From the NCBI GenBank assembly GCA_965178125.1, contig OZ237745.1:682001-746000 (forward strand): a DNA stretch of 64,000 bases, written 5' to 3'. The DNA is from Bilabrum cf. latius (taxonomy: Eukaryota). The position numbers and the translations under genes were made by a program. The notes below the pieces were generated by a model. It did not search any database. It was not told where the DNA came from and saw nothing but the letters and a program-made list of their open reading frames with translations. Position 1 is the first letter of the stretch. Every line of letters starts with the position of its first letter. Below are positions 48,671-62,278 of this stretch, one piece after another.

Positions 48671-51529
48671 ATGGGCCCCAGTTCTCTGCGCCGCTTTGCT
48701 GCCCTGCCAGTGCTACTATTTGCTCTCAATTTGAGGCTTGAGCAAGCGATGCTAATTCATGACAAAGATCAGCCAACCCCGTCGGTGTTTGAACAAGCAT
48801 AGCACCCATATCACCTGGTCAATCCATTCGCATTATGCTTTCCAAGGGTGGCGTCCAATGCTGGCGATGGCGCTGCGCAGAGCTGCACAGGAGCATCGGT
48901 ACCGTTCATAGAGCAAGCGAAGCGCTAGAATGCCGATAAGCTCAATGCGGCATGCGCAGTGCAAAGCACAAGATAGTACATTGCCAATGCGAGCACATGC
49001 TAGCACTTGGGGGAGGACTGGTTCCAAGATTTGACCTCGACACCGGTGCGGTTTGTTGCTCTGGATGTGTGGGCAAGGGCCGGATTCGTTTGGGCTATTG
49101 TACCGTAGTCCTTAGATTTTCAGGTCAGACTTGAGATGTTGTTTTGCTTTGTATCTGCAGAAATATCTGGTCAGGGGCAGCTGAGGACCTTGTTTACCCC
49201 CGCCATCATCCGTGGCTCCAACTCCGCTGCTCACGTGGTTGTGGCTTGGCGGCTCCCACCATGGATACAGCCTGATCAAACCATTATCGTCTAGATTTAG
49301 TACCAGAGCCTGCGTCAAGACTTTGTCTTGTGGCATTTGGATGACCGCCCATAGAAGCACACTCAAAGACTACGATTGGGCGGAGCAAATGCTCCAGGCG
49401 AGCAGAGCAAGAGTATTCGGTAGGCCAGCGAGCCCATGTGGGCCGGCCAAGTTGCTGGACGTGAAACGCACAGTGTGTTAGCATCGTTGATTGCACCGGC
49501 GGCTGACGCTCGAGCCTACCTGCCGCAGTGGGCGATGCATCATGCCCGGGTGGGAGCCTCTGCCACCCTGCTGCATCGCAACGACCACCAGCAGCAGTCG
49601 ATCTGCTTGCACAACGGAGTTGTCTGGAGGGGTGAGTAGCTCTCATACTGGGCAGTCACCCAGGGCGGCGCATTTAATGCCGCCCAGTCGCCAAGCGGGC
49701 CAAGGGTACAGAACGCTAAGGCCCAAGCACGCTCTGACGCCAGCTGGGCAGCCAGTGCAGGCAGCGGCAAATCGACTGCCCGGCGCGTGAGTGACGCCCT
49801 ATGGTCTAGTTTAGGTGTTGGTCCGATGCAACAGGGTTGCTTGCCTTCTTACCGCGTGACAAATCTCCCGATCAGCGGGCGAACTAGTGTTGGAGAGCCC
49901 ACCAAGTCGCTGGGTACCAGCAATGCGAATGCCAGCAAAATGAATGCAACGGCACCGCCCAACGAACGGAACATGCCAGTGAGCGAGGTCTCGTGGCCAT
50001 ATAGGTTTTATCACCCCAGGGGCTCGGCGACTAGCTTCCCTGGCAGTCCTGGATTCGATACGCTCTACTTTGAGGCACAGCCTTCTGCGATGACCCATGC
50101 TCTACTCAAGTACGCAAAGGGCACCGGGGGGGGTTCTGGCTTCGATTGGCACCTTGTACTAGACATTGATGAGCTACTGTTGCTGCCAGGATTCGGCAGC
50201 AAGCACACTAGCCCTCTCCGCTAGCTGATTGAAGCTGCGGATACAGCCGCCCGACGCGATGGGTACGACGAGGCCGGTGCTGTCGTATTGGAGCGAAGAA
50301 ACGCTCTCACGTCCATTGCGGACCATGGCAGCCCAGAAACGTGCACGCCTCTGTGGATGCTCCCGCGAAATCTGTTTCTGTCATCCTGTTCAAAACGTGA
50401 CATGGGCCATGTCCTGGAGCACTGCGATGCTAGCGAGATGCAGAGCGGTGCAAATGATGGTGCTGCTACCTCCGCCGCGATACGATCTAGGGATAAGACA
50501 GCCGCTGCGTGCGTACCATGGCCTGCAGAGTCCGAAGCCGCAGACGGTGACTCTACAGCTTCGCCAACGTGCGAATCAAAGCAAGCCAATGGCTCAGGTC
50601 CAATTCTTGAGCCGGTTGTGCGCCAGGTCAGACCAGCAATGCAGTTTGCTGCTGCAGCTGCACATCGGTACAATGCGCTCCGCAATCAACGAATGGTGGT
50701 AGAGCGGGAGCGCGATCTCCCGGCACCGAACAGCCCTCGTGGGGGTGATGTCAAGTCCATGGCGAGGGTGCGTCACCTACTCACCTCTGAAATGCACCTC
50801 CATGTGCAGGCGCATGTGCCACTGCAGCTGCCGCAGGCCGCTAGCGCTCGAAGGGACGTGTATGATGCTGCATTGCAAGCTACCGCTTCCGCTCGGATGC
50901 CAGGTGACTGTGTTCGCACGCAGCTGGGACAGGAGGTCTTGTCAGACTGCGTGGATCTGGCTCCGTTATATGACGGTAGAGTGCTGGCTGGGTTGCGCTT
51001 GCAGCTAGCCGGGCAATCGTACCAGCCGTGCGGGCCTCAAAGTCCTCCTTGCAACCACACTTCGATGGAGGTAGGGGTATCCTTGGGCAGCAGCTCCTCT
51101 GTAGCCAGTGCTAGCCCTACCGTGTTGCACCTGCTTGAGCTATCCTGCAGGCCCGGCGCGTCGCCTCACGCCATGGCGCTCCCCGAGGCGGAGGGTGGCA
51201 TGCTCCGTGGTAAGGAAGAACACGGAGCGGAGTGCGCAATGCTGCGTGCCCGAGGAGAGGCCCAGGCAAAAGGGTGGGACTGGGCAGCGCAAGGAGAGTT
51301 CGATGCGTGTGCGCCTCCCGAACTGCTCGCAGGGGCTCGATAGGTGCGCCGGCAGAGGTCGCTTGACGGCAGCAGGCGAGTGGCCATGGCTGGGGAGCAG
51401 GTAGTGGGCCCATTCGGGCCCAGTACCATTCGGCCGTACGAGTACGTGGACACCGTGCCTGGTCTAGTGGACGAACCAGCGCACTTCAATGGATTACCCG
51501 AGACAGGGCCAGTCGCAAGGGCTGGGTGA
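48671..51529 (+). CDS. Putative GT-A fold glycosyltransferase (GT92/GT2-like) with signal anchor
   Basis: 953 codons with 12 TAGs and no internal TAA/TGA. AYLPQWAMHHARVG and DWHLVLDIDELLLLP (DxD) motifs. Confidence 0.65.
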
Positions 51530-51700
51530 CAGTAGTGCTTCCGTTGTTCGGCTGTTGTTGTGCACGGTGAGTATAGTGCGCCTCTATCCTTCATTGCAAA
51601 GATCCCGGGATCGGGCAACTAAATCTCCCTGCCAGGCAATCCGGAATAACACCCATCCTTTCGGATTAAGTAGAGCTAGCCAGGGCACTCTCACTCAAGA

Positions 51701-54176
51701 TCACCCGGTGAACATCCTCACGAAGCCTCCCAGCATGCCCGCCCCCTCCTCCTAGGCCCCATCGCTCGCAGCACCACTGCCAGCTCCAGCGGCGTCGCCA
51801 TCATCGCCCTCTTCATCACCCTCACCTTCCTCCTCGTCCATGCCAGCACGCTCGGCCAGGTCGTCCACGGGCGGGGACGTGTACTCGAACGCGACGTCGA
51901 AGTGCAGCGGCTTCGGCAGGATCATCGACGGCTCGGGCTTGTCCCAGTTGGTCAAGGGGATAGAGGGTACCTGTCCCGTGCTTGGCACGTCTTCCGCGCG
52001 CAGTGACAAAACAGCCGCGGCCACCAGGGCCTCGGTGGCATCACCGGGCAGCAGGTCGGCGCCGGGTGCCATCGCGTCCAGGGCATTGTATGGCGCCACG
52101 CGGCGAGACCCGGGAGCTAGGCTGAGGTACTCTGTGTCCTCATCAGCGATCTCCTGCGCCGCCTCATGGGCCTCTGCGAGCGCCTTGCAACGGGCAGCGC
52201 CGGCTCCGGCGTGCAGCTTCACGTCGTCCATCTGGGCGCTCTTCTCGGCCTCTCCAGCGAGCTTGCCCGCCAGGCCGTGGAGGGCGCTTGCCTTGGCGAT
52301 GCTTCCCTCGGGTCCCAGTGACTGTTCCTTCGGCAACGACGAGGCGCTGACCGAAGCGTAGACCTCGTGGCACAGGGCGAGGGCGCAGCAGCGCTCTGCT
52401 CGGAGCTGCTGGTCCTGCTTGCGAGCCCACACCGCCTCGCCGGTCACGGCACCGTCCCCGGAAGCGGGGTCGGTGGCGGCACCACCACCGGCACCGCTCG
52501 CCGCGCCCTCCCCCGCCTCCCCCTTGATCAGCTGCAGAGCCTCCTCTGCCACCCTGCGCGCCTAGTCGAAGGTCCGCACGGCCTCTCCCAGCTTCGAGAC
52601 TACGTCCAGGGCAAGAGGGGGCAGCACCAGGTCCTCCGAGTCATCGCCCAGCCCTCCCGCTCCTGATGCCGCGGCGGCAATGCTGGCTCTTGACCCCGGC
52701 ATGGGTCCCATCACAGGGCACGCGGCAGAGGTGGCGGCAAAGGCAGCGACCAGGCACAGCCTGAGGGGATGCTGCACGCCTCTGAGGGCGTGCCTAGCCA
52801 CGGATGCGGTGTGGTTGCAGAGCACCCGCAACCGGCCAAACTTGAGCGCGGTGACCACGGCGCCCCATTTCTCGGACGCCTCGCTCGACTTCATCCTCGC
52901 CTGTCCCGCCGCCCGCACGCCCCGGTCGTACTGGTCCAGCAGCTGCATGAACTGGCCTTCCCTCGCCTCCCGCGCGGCGCTCTCCCCGCCCTCCCTCTCG
53001 TCCATGCCCTCGGCACCCTCGGCCTCCTCGCCCGTTGCCATGGCCTCCGCCGCCAGCTCGGCCTCCTTGGATCGGATCGCCACGAGAACCTTGCGGATCC
53101 CCGGGTCCTCCACCTTGATCGACACGCCCTGCCAAGCCACCTGGACGTCGTCACCATCGCCGGTCACCACGCTGTTCCCCACAGACGCAGCCGCAGCTTC
53201 CTCTGCTTGCGCGACCAGAGAGGCGAGCCGTGCGGCCACGGCTGCGTCAACGTCGGAGCCAGCACCACTGTCGGGAGCATGGCCAGCGGCGTGCCTCGCC
53301 CTCGCGATGTGGAAGCGGCACATCCTCTCCAAGGGCATGATCTCCGTGGCCTGCTACTGGAACAGGCGCCGCTCTCGCGGCAGGCCCACGGGGGCCAGGC
53401 CCTGGTAGATGGAGCGGGCTGTGGCGAGGAGCGGCAGTGCTCGCACTGCGTCGTTCCTCTCAAAGTGCCAGCGGGCCTCCATCTCTGCGCTGTAGGCCTC
53501 TGCCTCTAGCTTTGTTCGCCTGCAATGACAAAAGAAAAGTTAGAGCACGGCATAACGCGGTTGGACAACGGGCGCGTGGGTCGACAGGCAATCGTGCTGT
53601 GAACCAGGCTAAGGTGAACTCACTCATCGGCAACGGCCGCGCAGATCTCGCTTAACTTCTGCGCCCATTCCACAGCTTTCTTGAGGCGCTTGCCCATGCG
53701 TTGCCTCGCCCTGCCAGACTGAGAGGCATTGAATTCTACCTTCATCTCCATTGCGTATGCCCAGGCTCGCTCAGCATTGAACAGCGGAATTTGCAGGTGC
53801 TTAGAATCCGTGGCCAGCTCTGGAGTTAGCTCTTTCTACGCAAAGACGCCTTTTCGCGCTTTCTTGTCGGCTGACGAAGCCTCCTTATGCAGAAAGTGAA
53901 CAGTCTTGCACTGCCGGATACGGCGTAGGCGGCGAGTACAGTACTGCCTATAGCCTTCAAAATCCTTGTGACGCAGACCGTGCTCCATTTGAGCCGATTT
54001 AGCTACGTCTAGGACTGCGAAGCGAGTAGTGTGGCAACGAGAGGCTGCTGATGCATGAGCAAAACGTGGCGGACACTGGCAGCGCGAACAAATTCCAGAA
54101 CCCAAGGCTCACCGGCCAGCTACAGCTTTTCCCCTGAAGCCGAAGCAGGCAATACTGCTGCAGATGAAGTTGCCAT
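51701..54176 (-). CDS. SRP68: Signal recognition particle subunit SRP68; introns 54015-54112, 53520-53623
   Basis: QMEHGLRHKDFEGYRQYCTRRLRR, AERAWAYAMEMK, RTKLEAEAY, PKPLHFDVAFEY, C-terminal MLGGFVRMFTG. 5 TAGs (54120, 53836, 53354, 52562, 51752). Confidence 0.92.
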
Positions 54177-54332
54177 TGCTACCAGTACCACAGTTTTGGC
54201 GATATTCGCCGAGAATCGCGGGATTGGTGTCCTCCACAGAAAGTACTCGCAACTTCCACGAATCCGAATATAAATGTGCAATGTGCAACACGCGCCCACG
54301 CTGCCCCCTATCTAATTCTGGGTTTCTAAATC

Positions 54333-57300
54333 ATGCGTAGACAAGCAATTTGTTTCGAAACTAGATGGATGCGATCAGTTTTTCGAGCATTTCCGATGAA
54401 AGTACTAGGTTCTAGGCCTACAAGTTCAAGGCACATTCGCAAGATTGCTGGTGGCCCACTGCGAGCGTGTAAGAGCCTAGTCTTGCGCCAAGCTAGGTCA
54501 ATATCGATTTAGAGTCGAACAGGCAAGCAGGGCTAGCCGGCACAACTAATCAGATCCAAGCCGTTGGGAACGGAGAATCATGATAAGATGCGCGCAGCAG
54601 CTGCTTTGATCGACCACATGTCGGTGGTTCTTCCAAAATCTCACTTCGAGAAGTACGCTGAACATATTTATAAACGAGTCAAGATGCTCCTTGCCGAGTC
54701 CAAGCTCGGACCCCACCATAGGTGAGGCGAACGAGTCGCTGGTGCTGCTCCAGTGTGTGCAAGTGCCGTATCTCTGCACTGTCGCCAGTCTGTAAATGAG
54801 CTGCCCTGTTTTACTTCGCAGAGAGTAGCTTGCAAAATCGATGGTCATCTCGACGGGGCCACTGCAATCAATGCTGCTGCCAGTCGCGAGGCGCGCTCTT
54901 GGGCTACCAGACGTGGCTCAGGGCGTGCCGGCTGCCAGCGAACTGGAGAGTAGCGCCGCCGCTGCTGCAAAAGTGGTGGTCCGAGACCCCGTGGATCCCA
55001 TCCGCGAGGATACCGGTTTCGTGCTACCGTTGGAACAGCTAGCGAGCCGCGCGGGACTTCTTGACAGGGCTACGCTCGTAATATCTTAGAAGCCGCCAAA
55101 AGCCGTCCTTGCGCTGAGGCAGCTGCAGGCCGACTTACGAGGGTGCGCGGGAAATTCCGCCTCGGAGCACGAAATCAAGACGTCGATTTAGCAGCTGCAG
55201 GCTCAGATGACTAGAAACGACGCCATCCACGCTAGCATGGAGCATCGCAGTGCGGTGGATTGCTTGGCGATGCTGATGCACCTGGCTAGAGCCACGAGGG
55301 CGAGGTGCACGAGCCAGACGGAAGCCCGAACAGTGCCCTCTGCCGTATCGCTAGAGCAATAGAAAGAGATAGGGTTCACAGTCCCGGTGGAGGAAGCCGC
55401 ACCTATGCGATTTGATAGCACCCACATGACTCTGGATGGAGTGCCAGACGCAGCCCAGCTCAGGACACTGGCAGCGGTGGCTCTGCTCGGCGTGCCAACG
55501 CAACTGGACCGGCGGCGTCTTGTTCGTGACCTAGTTATGTTTGTTAGCAAGGAACCGCTGGACTGGAAGCAAGCCAAGTTGGCTAGGATAGAGGCGGTTA
55601 AGGCCGTTGGTCTGGAACAGCCGGGGAAGGTTGCGTCAAAGGCGCAACGCAATGAGAGAGTGTACCGCTGGTCGCTGCCACTATTCGGTATCGAAAGCAG
55701 CAAAGCCAACGAGAATCGCATGCAACCGCTGGGGCCTGCAGCTTCTGTCGAGGGGTAGCAGGCAGCTCATCTGGACGAGTTCGAGCGTGTGATGCTGTCG
55801 CACGCCCAGCTGAACCCAGTGGCAGCAGCCACGGTGGCGCTAGCCACGGGCGATCAGAAGCTCCTTCGCCTGGGCACAATCGAGCACATGCGATTATCCA
55901 GTCGGGAAGCGTCCATTCGTCGCGGCGGGCGTCCATCATAGCAAGGGCAGCCCGCCTTGGGACTGGTGGATGCCAGCAACGTGGCGGGACGCGATCCTGC
56001 CGCTCGGCTCCCCGACGTGGACGCAGATACGTCTGGATCTGATACCGAGCACGCTTCCGATGCGGAGGGTGAAGACCCCGCTCATCGAGCACCAACTCTT
56101 GATATGGGCTTCTACCATCCATCGGCTCCCGGTGAGCTTGAACAGCAGCAACCGCAGAGCAGCGGCCCAGACGCGGCACAGCCTACTCTGAAGCTTCCAA
56201 AGCTGAAGCGAATGCACAGATCAACTGATAGAATGGCTGGTATGCCAGCTCCGCCCTAGTGGCTTCGATGGATAGGTTTGGTACAGGCAGACGGCTCACT
56301 AGGCGACGCGGGACACTCGTCTGCCTACTCGCCAGATTCGGCCGAATCCACGTCTGTTGAGACTAGCAAGGGTGGTATGGGGAACGATCGAGATCTGCCA
56401 CCTCTCTTTGGTCGCGTGCGCATACGGTCGTCGATGGTGCGGAGCATCGATAGCGCCATTAAAACCGTGCAGCTGGACTCTCTGGCGTGCAGCAATCGCA
56501 CGCTCGGATTCCTCGGGGTCCGCCTTCGCCCCAGTGCCGTCATGGTGGCGCTGCAAGCGGCAATCGACAAGGCTCAAGGGGAGGTTTCCGTGGACGAGGT
56601 TGTCGCTACGGAACAGGCACGCACCGATCGGCGAGAAGCGAGAGAGAAGAGGGAGGCAGCTCGCACCAAGCTTGTCGAGTCGAAGCTTCGAGCGAAACGG
56701 CTGAGCGCCATCGGCATGCTCCGTGCCACGTTGCGGCCGTTTGGCCAGGCTGCCGTTCGAACAGCACTGGATGGAGTCGTTGCTGCGCACGCAAACCCAG
56801 CTCTGTCCGCAAGTGACGTGATGCAGGCTGAGAACCGCTGCCTGTTGCAGATGAAGCCTCATCTTGGCCCCGCCTTTAGACCCATGTACCCTATGCTACG
56901 ATCCATATTTCGCGATCTCACTCCCAAGGATCTCGATAGGCTGTACAGCGAGAGCCATGTCTTCATGCGCAGTGATGCTGCCCGGCGGCTCATGCAGGCA
57001 GAGTCGCAGAGCACCGGAACGGGCGGGTCGAGCGCCCCTGCCAGCAACGACGGCGAGGCCTCCGCTTCCGCTGGTTGGCAGGACGCGAGGCTGCCTGCGT
57101 CCGGCGCCCTCGACACCGAGTGGTCTCGCACGTTGCGAGCCGCCGCTGCGGAGAACCACCAGGGCGATGAGGCCGTTGATGGCCAAGGGAGGGACTCAAG
57201 GCTTGTAGACGGTGGTGAGGCCGATGACACGAGCGGGGCTGTAGGAGAGGAGTTAGAGGAGCTGACTGGAGAGGCTGAAAATATGCTGGAATAGCTCATG

Positions 57301-59805
57301 CTCGAGGTGGAGCTGGAGCTAGACGTGGACTTTGGAGCTCAGGTGGCCGACAGCTCCAGTCAGTTTGAGGGAGACAGCGCCTCGAATGCGCCAGTCCCAA
57401 GTCCAATGGAGCAGGCCTCGCCGGAGCAAGCCGATCTGTGCAAGAAGCTGGTACTGCTGCTAGCTCCTCGCGATCTGCTCGAGATGACCAAGCAGCTGCG
57501 ACAAGCAAAGCGATCGTCCTGGAATGAGGACGCCACGTCAAGAGTGCGTGACTGGGTGAGACAGCGGCTAGGAATCAATGCCATTGCAGTTGAGACTTCC
57601 CTTGCTGCTGGTCTTCGGATGCTGCAACCCGAGACGCTGGAGGCGTTTGCTCTGGAGTAGTACGGTAGGCAAACTCTCGTGAGCGACATGTATGCTGCAG
57701 TGGAGACAGACAAGGAGAACAGGCAGCTGGTGAGCGAAGCTATGTCTAGATGGGACTACCCCACAGGAGGTGCTAGGATAAATGATGAATCGAGGCCGTC
57801 CAGCACACACTCTGGTGGCGCAGACCTCCAGTCAGAGAGAGAAAGCAGTAGTACAAGTGCGAGCAGCTGGATAGAAGACAGCGACGACGAGGAGGACGCT
57901 ATCAACGGCATGACGAACGAGGCGCTGCAGGCTTGGCGAGAGGCATGGAAGGAGCAGCATGGAGGCAAGTATGGCGCAGTGGCTGACAAGCCGCTTGCCT
58001 ATGCAGTTGGTGAGGAGGAGGGTTCGGTTACAGAGGATGGCGCTGGGGCAGCTGGCACCGCTAGCGCCGCTACGAGCCTATCCCAGGCACCGTAGCCGAC
58101 GCAGCTAGCGCGCAGCTTGGGAGAGTCTTTGTTCGAGTCAGGCATAAGTCACGACCCAATGCAGCTGCTGGATGTTGAGCTGAGCCGGAGAGCCGAGCGA
58201 GGGGACGACCTGGTGCCGAAGGATGCCGGTGGTGGCATCGATGATGAGGGGGCGAGTTCTTCTCAGCCGTACGACGTGGCTGGCCTGCAGCCGCAGCGAA
58301 GCATCGATGCAGGCATGGTAGGTCCGGCTGCATACATGCACTCTCCTGTTTCCACCGCAAGCAGCCTGGATTCCAGCGGGTCCACCCTGGCACCCAGCCC
58401 GTTCGTTGCGCAGAAGCGGCGACCGCCATCCTTGAGCAGCCCCGAGGTCATGGGCGTCGTTCGCGCGCCGCTGCGGTTCGATGCTCGCATTGACCACGGC
58501 AAGGTCCTCAAGAAGCTCGGGGACGATCAGGAGGCCTCGCCGCTGTCGTCGCTGCACTGGGGTGACCGCTTTGACGATGGCTCCCTGGGTGGCGCGAGCG
58601 AAGGAGGATCGCAGCAGTACGTGCCTGCGCCCTGCCACGACGGCAGCTGGTCGCAGGACGTGGAAATGAGGACGGTGCTGGTGGAAGGCGTGCCTCCCGG
58701 CACCACCCCGCAGCAGCTGAAGGACTCGCTGCGGGGCCTGGGCGAGGTGCAGTCCGTCAGGTTTGTCGGCGCGAGGACGCAGGGGCTGCTGCGTGCCGTG
58801 CGAGACAAGATTCTTCGCCGGTCGCTTGCTGAGCTGAAGAAGGCAGACAAGGAGGCCGACGATTCGGCAGCAGCTGCAGCTGCTGGGGGTGCTTCGGCCA
58901 GGTCTGAACAAGCGGAAGCGATCGAGGCCGGGCTCGAGGGTGACGACGACGATGACGGTGCTGTTGACATCGACGAACGTTCGTCGGCCACGTTTCGAAC
59001 CAGCCACGCCATGCAGTAGCGCAACGACGGCCGCGAGGCCCTCGTCAGCCGCGTGGCGTGGGGCCAGAGCAGGGCGGCTTCTCGGTCTGGGCGGGCAGGT
59101 AGCAGGGCTAGCAAGGCCCAGAGGCGCTCGCTGCTGAATCAGGTGCCCCCACTGCTTCTAGCCTTTGACACCGCGATCGAAGCTAGGTACGGGCCTGTGC
59201 AGAGGGTCCTGGGAGAGCGAAACCTGCCGCTTACGGTGTACAATGAGCCCGCGCCTTCCATCCCCACTCCGTCGGATTCGGCTTTGCCTGCAGTGCAGCC
59301 GCAGACCCACAGGCAAGGCCTGGGCAAGCTGCTGCGGCACGAGATTACGTAGATAGAGAGGATTGTAAGGATGGCACCGAGCCATGCGTTCGTCACGTTC
59401 GCTGATCCTGCGGGTGCGGCGGCAGCTGCCGACCCCGAGGTTCGAATCTTTGGCGTGGTCGTGGGCCAGACCGCCTGCCGGATTAGGCCAGCAGAGGGCA
59501 ACCACGTGCTGCACGTCGGCAACGTACCGCCAGGAGTTACTCCGCTTGCTCTCTAGCTGCAGCTGAACAGCGTGCTCAGGGAAGCAGGTGCTTCAGTGGG
59601 CCTGAAGCGAGCACGCAAGCTGCCAGAGCACGTCGTGTCTGCAGACAACGCCATGCTCAAGACGCATTCACTGTGGGATGCGCTTATCCTTGAAAAGCTC
59701 TTGTCGCAAGAGTAGTTGCGACCCGACAAGCCCCTGCAGATCAGTTATTGCTCGGAGCAAGACTGGATTCAGGCCGGCAAGCGGCTTCATGCCGCCAGGG
59801 TGTGA
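54333..59805 (+). CDS. Large protein (about 1790 aa) with C-terminal RRM-like domains and possible mitochondrial presequence; intron 54722-54821
   Basis: One frame through about 16 TAGs to TGA 59803-59805. RTVLVEGVPPGTTPQQLKDSL..GEVQSVRF, HAFVTFAD, LHVGNVPPGVT. Start codon uncertain. Confidence 0.7.
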
Positions 59806-59871
59806 CCTACCCGGAGCCATAATTTAGATTCCCAATGTTGTTGATTTGTCATAGCTGAACAGATAATTGCC

Positions 59872-61587
59872 ATGACAATGTCAAGTAGCAGCATAATAAT
59901 GGCAAACGTCAAGCTGCTGCCGCTTCAGGCTCAGACATTGGCTGGAGCCCTTCTTCAAGGCTTGCAAACCGGAGTTGGTGCAACAGCTGCGCCTGGCCTG
60001 GGCAAGTTTCCCCAGCTGCTTCATCCTGCCACGTTCAAGCCAATGATGTACGCAAAGCTGCCCATGGAAGATTAGAGGCTGTTGCCCGGATCTCTATCTG
60101 AGTTGATGCAAGACAGAAACTTCATGCGAGGAGACTTCATAAGATTGGTGCCAAGTGTCGTTCGCCGTGCCAAAGGGGTGCTCTCTGGCGTCAAGAAGCG
60201 CGGCCAAGCACAAGGTGATATGATGGATAAGGCCACTGAGTAGGCGTTGCTGCCTGGCATTCTGAGGGAGGCGTTTGCCATCGAGCTCGAGAAGGCATTG
60301 TCGGCCAGTCTTGCGGGAACGTTGGCACTACGACGACTATTGCAGAGCCCAGTCGCCCTACCAGGTAGCGAGGGAGCCGGTCTTGAGTAGCTAACAGAAG
60401 ACGCCATTGGGTTTTGTGTGGATGTTGCCCGTGGAACGAGTCGATCAGACTGCGTTGTGGTGCCTGATTTCTTGGGGGATGCAAGATGGGGCGAGCTGCT
60501 TGACAAGGACGCCAGACGCCTCTTTGAAACAGAGCTGAAGTTGAAGCGGGATGATTTGCGCACATCCGAGGAGCTAGGCTCGAAAATACGCAGCAAGCAT
60601 GCCCGGGAGGAGTCCGACAGCAGCCGAGCACCTGCTCTGGGCCTCAAGGCGCTCAAGGCGAGCAACCACGGCTGCTTGGTCGCACGGTCGTTCCTGCCTG
60701 CCAGGCTGCAGGACGCCGCCCGCACGCATCTTCCTGCCGTGTCGGAGGCGCTGGAGCGGCTTGCGGCGCTCCCGTGCGAGATCAACGCGGAGTGTGACGA
60801 GTGCGACGGCGAAGCTGCCGGTGCCGCCACAGGGGCGGGATTAGGCCAGACTGGTGATAGGCCGACCAGATCGGACGGAGAGGGGCCCGCGGGCAAACCC
60901 GAAGCCGACGCTGGCGGCAAGTTACCAGCTCCTCCCGACGACAAAGGAAGGCAGTCGCCCCGTTTCCTGTCCCTACTTCACGGGGCGTGTTCCCTGTTCG
61001 CAGTAAGGGGGCCGAGCCTCCCAGCTAGTTCGACTGGCAGCCCAAAGTCTGGAGCTGGGGTTGCTGCCGGGGTGGGTGCAGGCGCATCGCATGGCAGCGA
61101 ACTGACCTCAGCTCCCTCACACCTGCGGGTGCTCAAGCTTGGCACCCCGCCATAGTACCGGGGGGAGGAGCTGCTGGGCGTGGGGAGGTGCGCCTGCCTG
61201 TACGCAGCCACGGGGCTCAGGGTCACGGTGCGGCTGACTGGTGGTGTGACGAGTGGATCCGGGGCGAGCAAGTCTGCTTCCGGTGATGTCGGGCCGGTGC
61301 GGCACCTTGACTTGAAGCCCGATTCGCTGCTCTTGTACAGCCCTGAGACGTCGGGAGTCGTAGTGTCCGTCCCTTCGAGCGATCGCGAGCAGATGCAAGC
61401 GCGAGCAAGTGCTTCTTTGGGGGAGCGAGCACCGAGCATGTCGGAGGATGGGAAGGATTCATCGGTAGCAGGTGAACGTATTGCCCGCGACAGCCTCCAT
61501 GTGGGTCTCAGCTGCACGCTCTTTGTCAAGCCCAGCAAAGAGAGGCTGGCCTCGATGATGAAGAGCATGATGGCCGGCGGGTTGTAA
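59872..61587 (+). CDS. Hypothetical protein
   Basis: Continuous frame through TAGs 60073, 60241, 60388, 61153 to TAA 61585-61587. Confidence 0.65.
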
Positions 61588-61741
61588 CGCAAGGCATTCA
61601 AGGGCATGTGTGGAGCAGTACAGTAAATTGGATGGAAGTGCAACGCAAGAAAACACGAATGAAGATTTGGTATAGAGCATGCACCGTTTCCATCTTGAGG
61701 GGTCCCGCGCCATGCCAGCCTGAGCCACACCGGGGGCAAGA

Positions 61742-62278
61742 TCAAGTCTCTTTCGCTGCAGCAGCACTGGCTGACTCAACCATGGCTTCCGCCTGCTCAA
61801 CGCTTTTCGTTGCAGTGGCGATCCCCTCAGCATCACCGGCCTTCTCCTGATCGGCTAGAAACGCCTTGGCTTCCTCCAGGAAAGCTGTTGCGGTCTCCAA
61901 AGCAGATTTCTTGCCTGGCTTGGCTGGGCTAGAGCTTTCTTTTGCCTTGCCGGCTGCCCCATCCAGTACTTCTTTCCTTGCTGCCTCAGCAGCGGCCATC
62001 CTTGCCTCCAATTTAGAGGCGACCTCCTTGGCATCCTGCTTCTTGTAGCCCTCAAGTCTCGCCTACGGCCAATACAAGCAATACATTATGCTCAATTGAA
62101 TGAATTGATTGCAAACACTACAATGCTTATGCAGTAAAATGCCAATGAAGGGGTAGAAATCAACATTGGTACAGTTCAGAAAAACGTCCCTTCTCACCTT
62201 CAGTGCTGGGGGCATCGGGCTTTTCGCCTCCTCCACTGGAACTCCAAGCTTATCCCCTGATTCTGCGCTTGCTGCCAT
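61742..62278 (-). CDS. Small Ala/Glu/Lys-rich coiled-coil protein; intron 62063-62197
   Basis: Exon 1 MAASAES..PPALK (donor GTGAG) spliced in phase 0 to ARLEGYKKQDAKEVASKLEARMAAAEAARK. Ends TGA. Confidence 0.7.

Noticed and set aside
59430-59455. GGTTCGAATC T-loop-like motif as a suppressor tRNA
   Set aside because: It lies inside a CDS with no cloverleaf. I found no tRNA gene in the window.
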